The notes beneath the pieces were generated by a model. The model saw only the letters and a list, made by a program, of their open reading frames with translations, made no database searches and had not been told where the DNA came from. Shown piece by piece: positions 48,858 to 60,988 of a DNA stretch of 64,000 bases (within the stretch, counting starts at the first letter, position 1; the number at the start of each line of letters is the position of its first letter). A program made the translations under genes and the position numbers. Origin of the DNA: Microbotryum violaceum (lineage: Eukaryota); the NCBI GenBank assembly GCA_001244265.2, contig LN717261.1, forward strand, positions 3,053,591 through 3,117,590, given 5' to 3'.

Positions 48858-50703
48858 AGGACCCATGAAAGCCCAGCCTGAGGCGCGTAGGTAAAATTCG
48901 GGAAAATCGCTGATTTTGGACCTCATTTGTCCACCATTTTTTGGAATTTTCGCCCAAAAAAGTCCTCAAAATGTCCAGTCCATCTACGCGCCTCAAAAAA
49001 TAGCTCTAGGATTTTTTGCTCTAAAACATTTCCAAAAATCGCGAAAACGCCGTCCGGACGTTTTTCGCTCGGGCCGAATCGGCGGAGCACGCGCACGTGT
49101 CAGCCAGTTCGGTTCTGCTTGGCTGAGGCTTGCTGCCTTCCTTTTTGACCCTACATCTTTCACACCCTTCATTTGATTATTCAAGGACACAGAAGCGTTC
49201 CTTAATCCGTTGCAGCGTCGAAGAAAACAGAACCTTACCTCAGCCTGCTGGCTTAAGTCGAAGACACGCTCCCCGAGGTATGCGACTGAATCCTGGGGTG
49301 CGAGAGTGAGGGCGGGCGTTGAGGATGATTCCAAGGATTGAATAATTTGTCGAGCATCGAGTCCAAAGAAGCGAGTCGTGCCGTCAATCATATGCGTTGA
49401 ATAACGGCCCTTGCTCACAAGTCGCCATTCTTGGAGGACGACATTCGAGATAATGGGAGGGAGTCGGTCTCCGCTCTGTCGCAATGATTTGACGTGGTCT
49501 TGGCATACATGTAACGTACTACGAGAGGTAAAATCGATGCCAGTCACTCTGCAAAGCAGTAAGCTAGCTACAGTGAGCTGTACGAACTAAGTCCAATGGA
49601 CAATTGTTCTTCTCCTATGTTGCTGGCGTCACAACTGCCAGGTATGATGCTTCGTTTCAATCCGAAGCAGACAAGAGAGCCGATTTTCAAAGGCATGGCT
49701 GACGTGACGTTTCCGTCAATCGACCCAAACGTTGGGATCTTGGCGAATACCATGTATTGCCTTGCTCGCAATTGCATCCGTACCTAGGCAGAAATGAACA
49801 TTATTGATGAGCACTCTCTGGGCCATATGTGCACAGCACACAATTGTGGCTCACTTCTTTACGTCCCTCTTCGATGTATCCTATGTTGTCTGTCTCGTTG
49901 CGGTCGAATAGCGACTGAACGTCCCTTGTTCTGTCCAACGAAGGGACCTTGCAACTCCTGACACGGTTTCGAGACGGGCTGCACCCATTGAACGCACAAA
50001 GCCTCGGAGGACACTGGAGTGCATTTCACCGTGCTCGGACAATTTTGCTTTTGATGTGGGATCGGAAACTTGGGAAGTCGAGGTGGTGGTGCCGTGCCTT
50101 CCCTTGAGTAGGACAGCTCTGAGGTGGGCACATTGATGTGCCCGACGGTGCTCGATCAAGCTTTTCGGATCAAGCGCAAGCTGACGAGTGTCGTGACGCA
50201 GAAGGGATGGGAGCCGAAGAATTTGAGCCTGTGAAAGAGTGCTGGTTCTGTTTAGTGGTTCTGCAAGAAGACAGTTGCTACTTAAATGAACCTACACGAC
50301 CTGGCAAGCTTTCATTTGCTGTCTCAATGGCGTCGAGTAGAAAGCGTTCCTCTGCTTGAGCATCGACCGCGTCATAGGCCTGCTGAATGGCAAGCCTAGA
50401 ATTGGAAGATACGTATCATCAGCTCGGAGGAGACTGGTAGGTCTCAAGCACTCAAATTACAGTGCAGCATCATTGTCAAGGCCAAGAGCAGCTAAAGAGC
50501 GAACAGCGTTTTCAACTGACTTCCGCTCTTTCGGGTCCAGCACGACGAGACCTTTCTCCAAGCCACGTTGTCCATAGAAAAAGCACGAAAAATAATCCCA
50601 ATCAACCACGCCATCGGACAGACGAACAATTTGGCTGCTTACCAACGGAATCGAGCCGCGTGTGCAAGAATGCACTACACCCGAGGATCATTGAGGGGGT
50701 ATA
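48858..50703 (-). mobile_element. Truncated copy (C) of the Ulp1/P-like transposon (3' part only)
   Basis: TIR AGGACCCATGAAAGCCCAGCCTGAGGCGCGT at 48858; colinear with 1310-2832; retains the C-terminal coding region (48993-49547) partly deleted in copy A. Confidence 0.85.
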
Positions 50704-53700
50704 CGTACGCGCGAGTGCAAGAGGGCCTGAGAATTTGATAGGCCTGATCCCGCGCGTGACAAACTGGGTCTTTTCCTCATGTTTGGCTCTGCATCGGATC
50801 AGGTGTGTACTTCGCGTATTCATGCCTCAATGTGTTAAATGATTAACTCTGACGTTTGGCTCTGCATCGGATCAGTCCATTGTTCAACTTGGTAGCGTCT
50901 GTCCCTGCCGTAAGGCAAACAAACCCTCGCACGACTAGACTAGATCGATCAACCATCACGCCTCGTCACGGCTCTCGCCGCACCCATGCCGCAAATCAAT
51001 GTCGCCTCCACCAAGGCCATACTCGGACCCTGTTTCGGCAAGATTAATGCCGGCAATTGGTCGCTTGCCAAAGAGCAACTGGAGATGGCACTCGAGAGCG
51101 ACAAGCATCTCGTCCCACTTCAAACGGTCACTCCCCTGCCCACGATGCTCACGTTCCACGCCTTCACCAAAGACTCCGTCCTCGATGCAGTAGGCTAGTA
51201 CAACCACCAGCAATCTTATCATCAAGCCAAGGCCAAGCAGGCGGTGACCATCAAGAGTGCAAAGGCTCATCTGATGATGTGTGTGGGCCAGGCGACTCGA
51301 GTCGGTCTTCGCCGCGACCTCGAGCACCGTCGACCGCAGCGCATGCCTCGTTGAGCTGGTCACCATGCTCCAGTTTGTCATCGGCGACGACTTCGAGACT
51401 TGGCTTGCCACCTTCCGAGCGACCGTCAATGCGATCAACAACGCGGTCAAGCACGCCCAACCCTCGACGGCGCCGTGTGGGTGCGACCCCGACCCTTTGC
51501 ACCCGATGATCGTCCGGGACTGGCTGTGCAACCTGATGCCCGAAGCCTACGCTCTCACTATCAACGCACTCGGCGACAATGTTGACATCGGAAAGATGGA
51601 GCAGGTGTTAGGCTGTTCGGCACTTAGTGATCACACCCGGCGCGAGCAGGCCCAAGCTCTCGTGGCCCGTCTTAATCCCGCACCTGCGTCTTCGGCACCG
51701 CTCGCTAACCGCCTGTCGCAGCGCCGCAGCGGCCCAGGCTCGCGCGACCCACCGTACCAGCCACACGGGACCGCACCTCAACGCGCGCAAACTTCACAAA
51801 ATCGCCAAGTGGCCATCCGTAGTCTCGAAGAGAGGCCGGCTTGGTCTCTTCCCGACCCAATGTTTCTTGTGTTACAAGGATGGTCACCTTGCGACCGCTT
51901 GCACGGTTCTCGACCACCTCCGCATCAAGTCCAAGGTTGACATGTTGAAGGAATACAGCATCCCCGTCACGTTGGAGCAAGCTCGCGCGCTTGTGCACAA
52001 CACTCTCAACCAGGAGGAGCACACCAAGGCTTTGGCGGCGCACGCGCAGTTGGCCCAATTTGACGACAATGACAACAAGACAATGGAGGCTTCCGCGGCC
52101 AGCTGGCACATCAGGATTTCGGGCGAGGACACCGAGCAGTGTTTCAACATCGACGCGGCAACTCCGTTCCTGCTCAACTCGGGTGCCACGAGGCACATGA
52201 CGACGAGGCTCAACCTCCTTCACGACTATTGCCCATCCCCGACCAATTGCCGCGTCCGTGTCACCGGCGCAATCGGTTCCGGAGGTTTTGCGAGCGGCAC
52301 CGGCTCCCTGCGTTTCTCGACCGGTGGCAAAGACATGGTTCTCCGCGATGTTCTTCATGCCCCTGGCCTCGAAGCGGAGCTTGTTTCTCTTCATTGCCTC
52401 ATCGAGGATGGTTATGGCGTACGCGTCACATCGGCATCCGAGACGCGCGGCCTCATAGTCTCTCACGGCAACGTCGAAGCCCACTTCCAACTTCGCAACA
52501 AGCAATTCGTCCTCAAGGCAAGTCCCCTCGCACCCACTCTCCTCCGTGATTCTGCGCTTAACGTCGCCCTATCTCCCTCCGCAGATCTGTCACTCTGGCA
52601 CGGTCGCTTGGGACATGGTGGGGTTAAAGCAGTGTTGGCGTGCGGGAGAGCGGGGTCGATTGGGTTGAATACTGCTGCTGTAACGCCGGACTCGATCCAA
52701 CTCGTCAAAACCTGTGTTCCCTGTCATTTGGGAAAAAATGTTGCGCAACGATCCCACGCTGCCGCAACGCACCGCGCAACCGCTCCCTTGAGTCGAGTCT
52801 TCATGGACCTTTGGGGTCCCGGTCCAGTTGTTTTCCTCTCAGGTCATCGCTACCTTTGCGGTGGTACGGATGAGTATTCTCGTTATCGCTGGCTCCGTGG
52901 TATCACAGCGAAGAGCGACGCAACACGTGCGATTCAGGACCTCGTTGCGTTCTCATGCGTTCAGTACCCTGGCTCGTCGTTTTGAACGCTCGTGCCCGAC
53001 CGCGGTGGGGAATTTGTCAACAAGCAGTTGGACGGCTGGCTTGCGTCACGGGGTGTTGTACATGAGCTATCAGCGCCATACAAACACGGTCAGATGGGCT
53101 TGCAGAAACGTTCCTGGCGCTCAATCTTTGACAAGGTCCGCACCTCTTTGGCCCAATCCGGCCTGCCACTCTTCCTCTGGGAAGGAGCTGCCCACGCCGC
53201 CGTGTACGCCCTCAACCTGACGGCAACCCCTGTGCTCAACAACTTGACTTCAGACTTAGTCCTACACGCCTCCGGTGACCCCGTGGCCGAACACCGTCGC
53301 CCACACGGATCCCGCCTCCGTGTTTGGGGCTGCCGGGCGCTCGTCCCACTACTGCCGGAACAGCGCGGGCACAAGCTCACGCCCCGGTCTCGTCTCGTCA
53401 CTGCTTCTTTGTTGGCTACTCGCAGACGTCTCAAGCCTGGCGTTTTTACGACCCCGCTCGCCGCAAAGTGTTCGAGTCGTCTCAAGCCACCTTCTTCAAA
53501 CAGGAATTCGGCCGGCCGCACAACGCAATGGAGATGCGGACGCTACGACAATAGACCAGTCCTATGCACAACAACAGTTCGTCCATCGCCGCGGCTCCCA
53601 AAGACACCATCGACAACAACGATACAATTTCTGAGGACTCGCTGCCCCTTCTCAGTCCGCCCCATGTGTCCGTCGCCAAGCAGCCTGTGCCTCCTGTCCA

Positions 53701-55896
53701 CGGCACAGCACCACCACCGCAGGGGCTCGCCTTCAACAACCCGGGACCAGCCTGGTCAGCTCCGCTCGGCAATCGATCATCTCGTAATCGCGGACCTCCA
53801 GAGCGCCTTGGCAACTTCACAATGGCGGCAACAGCCGTCACCAAGTTCGCCGCCGACAAGGCGCACACCGTCAAAATCATCGACTTTGAATGGGCCTTCT
53901 GTTGAGTTGACACTTGAGGAGTACGCTCTGCAGGCTACATGAGCGCGAGCGCGCGCAGGCTTTCTCTTAGCTTCCTTCTGATTTGAGCGTTCTAACGTAT
54001 TGAACCACCTCGAATCAGGTCAGTAGTATTCACAGTATCATTGCAATAGTTGAATGAGCATTCTAACATATTGAACCACCTCGAATCAGACGCCGAGATT
54101 CTAGACCTTCACCACCCGCCCAAGCCCCGACGCCCCGACTTATTGGGAAGCGATGTTGAGTAAGGACCGGGAAATGTGGCTCCTGGCGATCGAGACCAAA
54201 AAGGCCGCGCTCGCAGCAAAGGGGACGTTCTCTTCGCCGCTCTTCAATCTGCCACCCGTCACACCCATCATCAAGAGCAAATGGGTCCTCGCAATCAAAC
54301 GCGACAGCGAAGGCCGCATTGAGAAATACAAGGCTCGTCTCGTTGCTCGCGGCGATATGCAAAAGGCTGGCCGCAATTACAAGGAAACCTTCTCGCCCAC
54401 CGGTCGCGCCGCTTCACACCGGCTCCTGCTCGCTTTGGCTGTCGAGAATGAGTGGGAAACCCGCCAATTTGATGTCTCTTCTGCATACCTCAATGGGTAA
54501 ATGGGTGATTTTGTCGTTCACATGGAGCTCCCAGACACGTCAGTTGTCCGCTTGTACAAAACCCTCTACGGCCTGTGTCAAGCAGGTCGGGAGTGGTACA
54601 AGGTCTTCGCGGGCTGGATCGAGTCAATGGGTTTTGTCCGCACCGAAAGCAATCACGCTGTATTTGTCAAGTCCGAAGGGGCGCGCAACCTGTTCCTTTC
54701 CATCCACGTCGACGGCGGCCTGCTTACCGGTGATGGCGACCTCGATGGCTTCATCCAACAACTCAAATCTCGTTTCGACGCGAAAAGCTCCGACAAGGCG
54801 ACCTTCTTCCTCGGTCAACGCATTCTCCGGGATGGCAAGACGGGTGCAGTGATCGTTCACCAGCCCCACTTAATCTCATCAATCCTGGAAGACCACGACA
54901 TGGCGGGATGCAGTTCGAGGTCGACACCAATCTCGCTCTACAAGTCACACCCGCGTAAGGACATCACTTTCGACGCTTCGACAAAGCCGTACCGCACAAT
55001 CGTCGGCAAATTCCTCTTCCTCAGCGGAACCACGCGGCCTGACATTGCCTTCGCGGTATCAAAGGTTGCATCACATTGCAACAACTTTTCGCAACAAGAT
55101 TGGGAGGCTTTGTTGCACATCCTCCGATACCTCAAGGGAACCCAAGACATCGGACTTCTGTTCCGCAAGGCGGAGGGTGCTCCTCTCCTCAAGGGCTTTG
55201 TTGACGCCGATCACGGAGCGGACCCGGAGACTCGTCAAAGTGTCACAGGTTTTGTGTTCCTTTGCGCGGGTGGCGCGGTCTCGTGGATGTCCAAGCGACA
55301 GGCGCTTGTCACCGTATCCAGCACCGAGGCCGAGTACGTTGCTATGTTGTTTGCTGCGCGCGAGGGCATCTGGCTTCGTCGCTTCCTTGCCGAGCTCGGC
55401 TTTGCCCAGAGCGAACCAACAAAGCTTCATGGCGACAACCAGTCGGAAATCCAGCTCGCCAAACACCCGGCCTTCCATGCTCGTACTAAGCACATCGGCA
55501 TCCACTTTCACTTCATCCGAGACCACATTGCCGAGGGTACGATTGAGATGGTCTGGATTCCCACGAACATGATGGCGGCGGACGTCTTGACCAAAGGGCT
55601 CGGGTTGCGAAAGCACTGGGATTTTGTACACGCAATGGGTTTGGTAGATGCATCGCGTGAAGGGGCGAGTTGGAAGGAGCGAAGAGCGGTCGAGGAGGTC
55701 TGTGCGGCGTACGCGCGAGTGCAAGAGGGCCTGAATAGAATTTGATGGGCCTGATCCCGCGCGTGACAGACTGGGTCTTTTCCTCACGTTTGGCTCTGCA
55801 TCGGATCAGGTGTGTACTTCGCGTATTCATGCCTCAAGGTGTTGAATGATTAACTCTGACGTTTGGCTCTGCATCGGATCAGTCCATTGTTCAACT
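50704..55896 (+). mobile_element. Ty1/copia LTR retrotransposon, near full-length but degenerate
   Basis: 5' LTR 50704-50889 (lacks about 40 bp) and 3' LTR 55668-55896; PBS TGGTAGCG (tRNA-iMet-like); purine tract GAAGGGGCG; protease LLNSGATRHM; integrase WHGRLGH..FMDLWG..DRGGEF; RT YKARLVARG, LYGLCQAG, HVDG; RNaseH FVDAD..SSTEAEY..ADVLTKGL. Confidence 0.95.
53900..54105 (+). mobile_element. Solo LTR (206 bp) inserted in the copia pol gene, with a 5-bp TSD
   Basis: CCTTC at 53895-53899 and 54106-54110; removal restores the frame FEWAFTTRPSPDAPTYWEAM; ends TGTTG...TAGA. Confidence 0.85.
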
Positions 55897-56003
55897 CCCA
55901 CTTTAACCAACCCAGAAAATAGCAAGTTCTCATCCCCACCCTCGACCCTCGATTATCTCATTGTTTCGGCGTCTGACTCCCACTATTCGTATTCCCCATC
56001 GAG

Positions 56004-59000
56004 CTATCGCTCGTACCCCTCACACCCCTCGAAAAAGGGAACACAGGCCCCCGTCCCTCCTCCCCCATTCGCAGGTGATGGTGCTCTCCCCGTCGCCGTC
56101 ATTGAAGAAGGTTCCGAGATCGAAGCACCCGAGAGGGATCCTGTCACTCGCGGCCGAATTGGTGCCGATGTTCGAGAGGATGAAGTTGTCCCCAAGGTGA
56201 TTGTCGAATGATATGTCGATTGACCCTGATAAAACTCCGCCTCATTCCCTTCGGCTTCCGAAAACGACGCCCTCCTTTTCTGATTAACAGGGAACGTCGC
56301 CGACCCCGGCGAAACAAGCGACGAGAGGATGTCCGAAAACGAACCCGTAAAATCGGTCGGTGCTTGATGCCTCAACTTGTCCAACGGTCCTCCACTTCTT
56401 GCCGAGGGCGAAACAAGATAGGGACTTCCAGGTTGGGAGGGGGATCCATTACCTTCTTCAATGTAATCGTCCATCCCTTCGAGGGTGACGAGCGATTTCC
56501 TCTTCTCGCGCAGGATTGCCTTCTTGGTCGCTTGTCGACGACTTGCAGTGGCGTTGGAGAAAACGGGCAAGAGGTAGCGCTCATCCAGCACGGTGAACCA
56601 TTGACCGTCCCTCCATACTCGCGTGTTGTCCCCTTCCCCTGCGGTGGCGGCGGCTCCTGTCCCAGCTTTGGACACCGAAGGCAAGACGTCCCCTTCGGAA
56701 TCCGAGCCGCTGTCCCGTGACGAATGGGAAGGCGATGAGGGTCCTTTGAAGGATCCATGCGGATGCAATGTCCCCCCCATCTTTGGTACTGAAGAAGGTG
56801 GTGTGGTGGAAACCACCGACTTCAACGCCATCCGATCACTGTACGGCGAATCCATCGCCGACACCACCCCCTCCTCCTCTTCATTGCGTCCTGCATGCCC
56901 ATTTCCACCAAACTTGCGACTGTTCGGCAAACTCCTCCTCGCTTTGTGAGTCGCCAATCCAGCGGCCTTGTTCCATCCGGCTGCGGATCGAGTTCCCTCA
57001 ATATCGCCTTCCCCGTTGTTAGTTATCGCGTACCCAGCTCCACCTTCATCATCCGAGCTCTCGGGATCATCATCCTCGACGCCGGTTCGAATGCCAAGAA
57101 TTTCAATCATCCTCCCGATCGTGCCACCAAAGACGACGACGGTCAACACGACCGAGACCAGTACTGTCGTTCGTAAGGCGATGGCGTTGGGTCCTTTCAT
57201 CCCTTCGGCCAAAGCGACACCGACGGCTCCTCGGAGCCCGGCCCAGAAGAGCATCATCTGGTACGAGTGAGGCAGCTCATCGGCCCGGTTGCCGCGCGCT
57301 TTGAAGAATACGTTGATGCCTTTGGAGATGGGGAAGACGGCGCAGTAACGAGCGATGCAAACGGCGAACTGCGTGAGCATGCACGCCACTAGGGTCAGTC
57401 CTCTACGTCTTGAAGTTATAGGGACACGGGACACAGCACGCACTGCAGTGACGAGGATGAACATGGGTTTGTACACGAGCTGCGTTTGGGTGAACAAGCT
57501 TAGTCCGAGGTAGATGAAGATAAAGTTCTCGCTCAGTTGCGCGAGTGAGCCAAACATGTAACGCGACGTGCGTTGGGTCCGATGCGACATGTTGTGGTAC
57601 GCGTAGTGCTTGAGCGTGATCCCGCAGAAAAGGAGAGAGACGATGCCTGCCGCATGTATCACGGATTCAGCCTGCATAGCCAGCGATGTGATGAGTCTGA
57701 TGCGAAGAAACTCACCACTCATAGTCACGGCGTTGGAGAAGAAGTAACTCGTGTACGCGATCAAGAAGACGAGACAACTTTCAATTTCCGTGTAGCGACC
57801 TGTGCGCGAATGGACTCTCACAAGGTCAGCACGCGCTGCAACAGCGCCGTCAGAGCTCCGTTCAACGGACCCAATTCGGAATGCTTGAGCATCAACGAGC
57901 ACGCCAGACCAAAGACGACACCGAGCAACATGGACACGCAGAAGGTGAGCAGAAAAATGCCGACGCCGTGGAAGAAGGAGAGCACATGTATTTTTTCTCC
58001 GTGAAATTGGGATAGCGTTCTGTGCGCGGCCCCGCGATTGTGAAATCAGCTCGAGAACGCAGCAGACTTTGGACCCGTTTCAGACCACTCACTCGAACAT
58101 GACGATGGCGACGGCGTCATTGAGGATGCTCTCGCCAAAGATAACCGAGTAGAGCTTGGGGTCGACGTGAAGCGCATTGAAGATGGCCAGAATCGTGACC
58201 GGGTCCGTGGCAGAGAGGGTCGAACCAAACTGGAGACATTCGATGATGTTCAAGGATAGACCCTCGAGTCCGAGGAGCGAATAGATGTAGACGATGACTC
58301 TGTAGCACGGAGGAGAGAGGGGTGAGCCAAACATTTTTGCGGGTGGCTGAGGTGAAGAACAAGGCTGACCCGAGTACGACGGCCGAGATAAAGGTCCCGG
58401 CAAAAGCAAAGGTGATGATGACGCCAAAGTTGCGAAAAAAGTTTTCCTGTTGCCCACAAAAACATCAGGGATTGGATCTGCAAGCGATTTTTTGATCCAA
58501 CGACGGAGGCGACGAACCTGCTTGAGCTGATAGCCCGAGTTGAGGATGATGGGTGGGAGCAGTACGTTGAGCAGGATGGTGCTCTTGAACGAGATCATGG
58601 TCTGGATGACGTTGCCCGGTGCGAGTCGTACGAGCAGACCGACACACATGCCTGGGGAGGGGACCATGTGAGGTCGCAGTCAGGAAGCGGCAAAGCGAAA
58701 GTAGCTTGTAGCTGGCGATGATGCTGTGGAACTGACCTGCAAACATGGCAACGATAGTTTCATGGATGGAGCGAATCCTTCGAATCTTGAGGTAGTACGA
58801 CACCCAAAAGGACAGGATGAGGAGCAAGAGCACCTGAGCGGGAGCGGGAGCAGGAGCAGGGGAGATGGGGACCAAGCGGAGGTCAGGCATGCTGAGCAAG
58901 ACGAATACGCTCCAACGGGTGATTAGCGAAGTGCATCTGCACGATGTGTTTCTGTCGTCCAGTCGTCGTCGGGTCGGCTGGACTGCGCAGCGTGTGCTGC

Positions 59001-59170
59001 GGCTGACCGTCTGCGCCCTTGCAACCACGGGTAGGCCAGAAACCAACCGACGAACGTACCAGTAACAAAGCCCTCGAACTCCACAGCTCCTCTGTCTCTG
59101 GATCGAGCTCGGGCATGGTGCTGATCGGAGTGGTCGGCACTTTGGCCAGGCCCCCGTTCGGGCTCGACAT
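56004..59170 (-). CDS. NHX1: Endosomal/prevacuolar Na+(K+)/H+ exchanger, multi-exon
   Basis: IHETIVAMFAG; LLPPIILNSGY; FGSTLSATDPVTILAIF; IFGESILNDAVAIV; HYAYHNMS; FWAGLRGAVGVALA. Confidence 0.94.
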
Positions 59171-59572
59171 CGTCACTCGTCACTGGTGAGCAGACGGTTA
59201 GTAGTGGTGGGGCGACTTGAGCGTGCTGAGAGCTCAGAGACGAGAGATGTAACTGAGCTGAGTTGCAGAGGTGCTTGCTCGACCGAGACGGTTATCGCAG
59301 TGAGCCTGCTCGCTTGGAGGTGACAAGGGGATGATGGATGGTGACGTGCGCAGCTGGGCGACCAGTCCACAACGCGCTGACGACGACGAGAAACACCACA
59401 GATGACTATCGACCTGGTGTTGAGACCAAAATATCGATTCGTCTCTAGCGGATCAGTAGGCGATCTCCAGTCGTGCAGTGGCCGTGCCTCACTAATCGGT
59501 GGCTCGTAGTGACGCGTCGCCAACAGAGCGCGCGGAATAGAGCAAAACCGAGTGCTTGAGTAGGCTTGCGTA

Positions 59573-59939
59573 CACATGCGCGCGCGCAAATTATGGGGGG
59601 CATAAGGCAGCTTTTGCCCTATGAGGCCCGTAGGGCAAGTTTCGGGATTCCATAAGGCATTTTGTAATGCCTCGATAAGAATGAGATCCTTAAGGCCTCC
59701 GTAGGGCTTCCCTAGCGCCTCCCTACGGCGAGGCCATAAGGATTTCCCCCTAGCGCGCGCATACGGTCACCGTAGTGCTTTCATACGGCGGCCATCGGGA
59801 AAGTCCTTCAGGCATCGGGGTTGGGGAGCCCTATGGCGGCCGTCGTCCAGCCATATGGGACCGATAGGGATCGTTTTATGGCTCTTAAGGACGGGCCATA
59901 TGGCACACGCAGGGATGCCGTACGGGCTCGATGAGGTCG
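59573..59939. mobile_element. Partial non-autonomous element related to 747-1128
   Basis: ta|CACATGCGCGCGCG...TTATGG terminus; interior rich in CATA/CGTA/TACG motifs. Confidence 0.35.
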
Positions 59940-60303
59940 CACTACAGTAGAATAAATCTGCTGCAATACGGAAGCCATGGTTGTCCGCCCAAGAGTCGCG
60001 TTCGGTCGCAGATAGTACTTCGGTCTACAGGGCTGATCATTGTACAGTGGGTTTCCACCCTTGTCACACGACTATCCCTGAAGCTCGTTAGAGCTGAAGG
60101 TTTCGTTTCCAAAAATGGTGGGGGGGTCCCAGCCTCGAAAATGATGCTATTTTGAGATTTTATTGGACGAAATGGCCGAAATACCCCGCACGCGCGTGGC
60201 TGTTGAAGTCCCATAGGAGAGCCCGATTTCAGCGCCGATCGGTTTGAACAATGCTCCCCCGGATAGGAGGACCCCGGCTAAGCGCGCCGATCATTTTGTA
60301 GTA
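59940..60303. mobile_element. Possible small CACTA element
   Basis: CACTACAG start and TGTAGTA near 60303 (one mismatch to TGTAGTG); no TSD. Confidence 0.25.
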
Positions 60304-60988
60304 CTGCCTTGTTCTAACTTGGACCGAGTTTCCTCGCATCTCTAAGACAGGCTATTACACAACCGCCGTCATGTCATGCTTTCTGATCTTGTACACCTCC
60401 GCACTATCGAGGTCAGCCCACTGCAGTGCACAGCGTTCGAATTTCGGCAACGTGTTAAGCCTCGCGTCCACCACTAGCGACAGCCGATCCTCCCGCCGCA
60501 CCGATCAAGCACAGTATGTGTATTCCGGTCCGCTCTTACGCAACAGTCCAGTGTCAGCACTCGATGATGTGGTTGACAAATGCAGTCTTGGGCAGCTCGT
60601 GCGCAGCAGCATCAACTTCAGCATGGATCTCCTGGAGCTTTTTGGGGCGCATCACGTGAAAGGATACTCCAGGAGGAACCCGCTTGCGGAAGAGCTATCC
60701 CTACAAGCGCTCCTTTAGTCGTGCGATCCCCACTGTAATGCTTGTTCAAATGGGTATGTTTTTAGAAGGCAACAAGCGAAGCGGCGAGTCCCGTGACTCG
60801 GCCACGTCGTCATTGCTTCTCCGACTATAGAGCATACGCATCAAAACCTATTGACGTGCTTCGAGCCTGACTGAACGAGGGAAGTCCAGACGAACCGCGA
60901 GAACGACGTCTCAGGGACTGACTCTAAACAAACGCTGCACAGACGTCCACCGCTGCATCCCGAACCCGCACAAGAAGATCCCGGTAAA

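Noticed and set aside
51705-52505. Long antisense ORFs over copia, Helitron and host genes (also 28868-29533, 55071-55787, 25963-26814)
   Set aside because: Shadow ORFs arising from GC-rich codon usage on the opposite strand.
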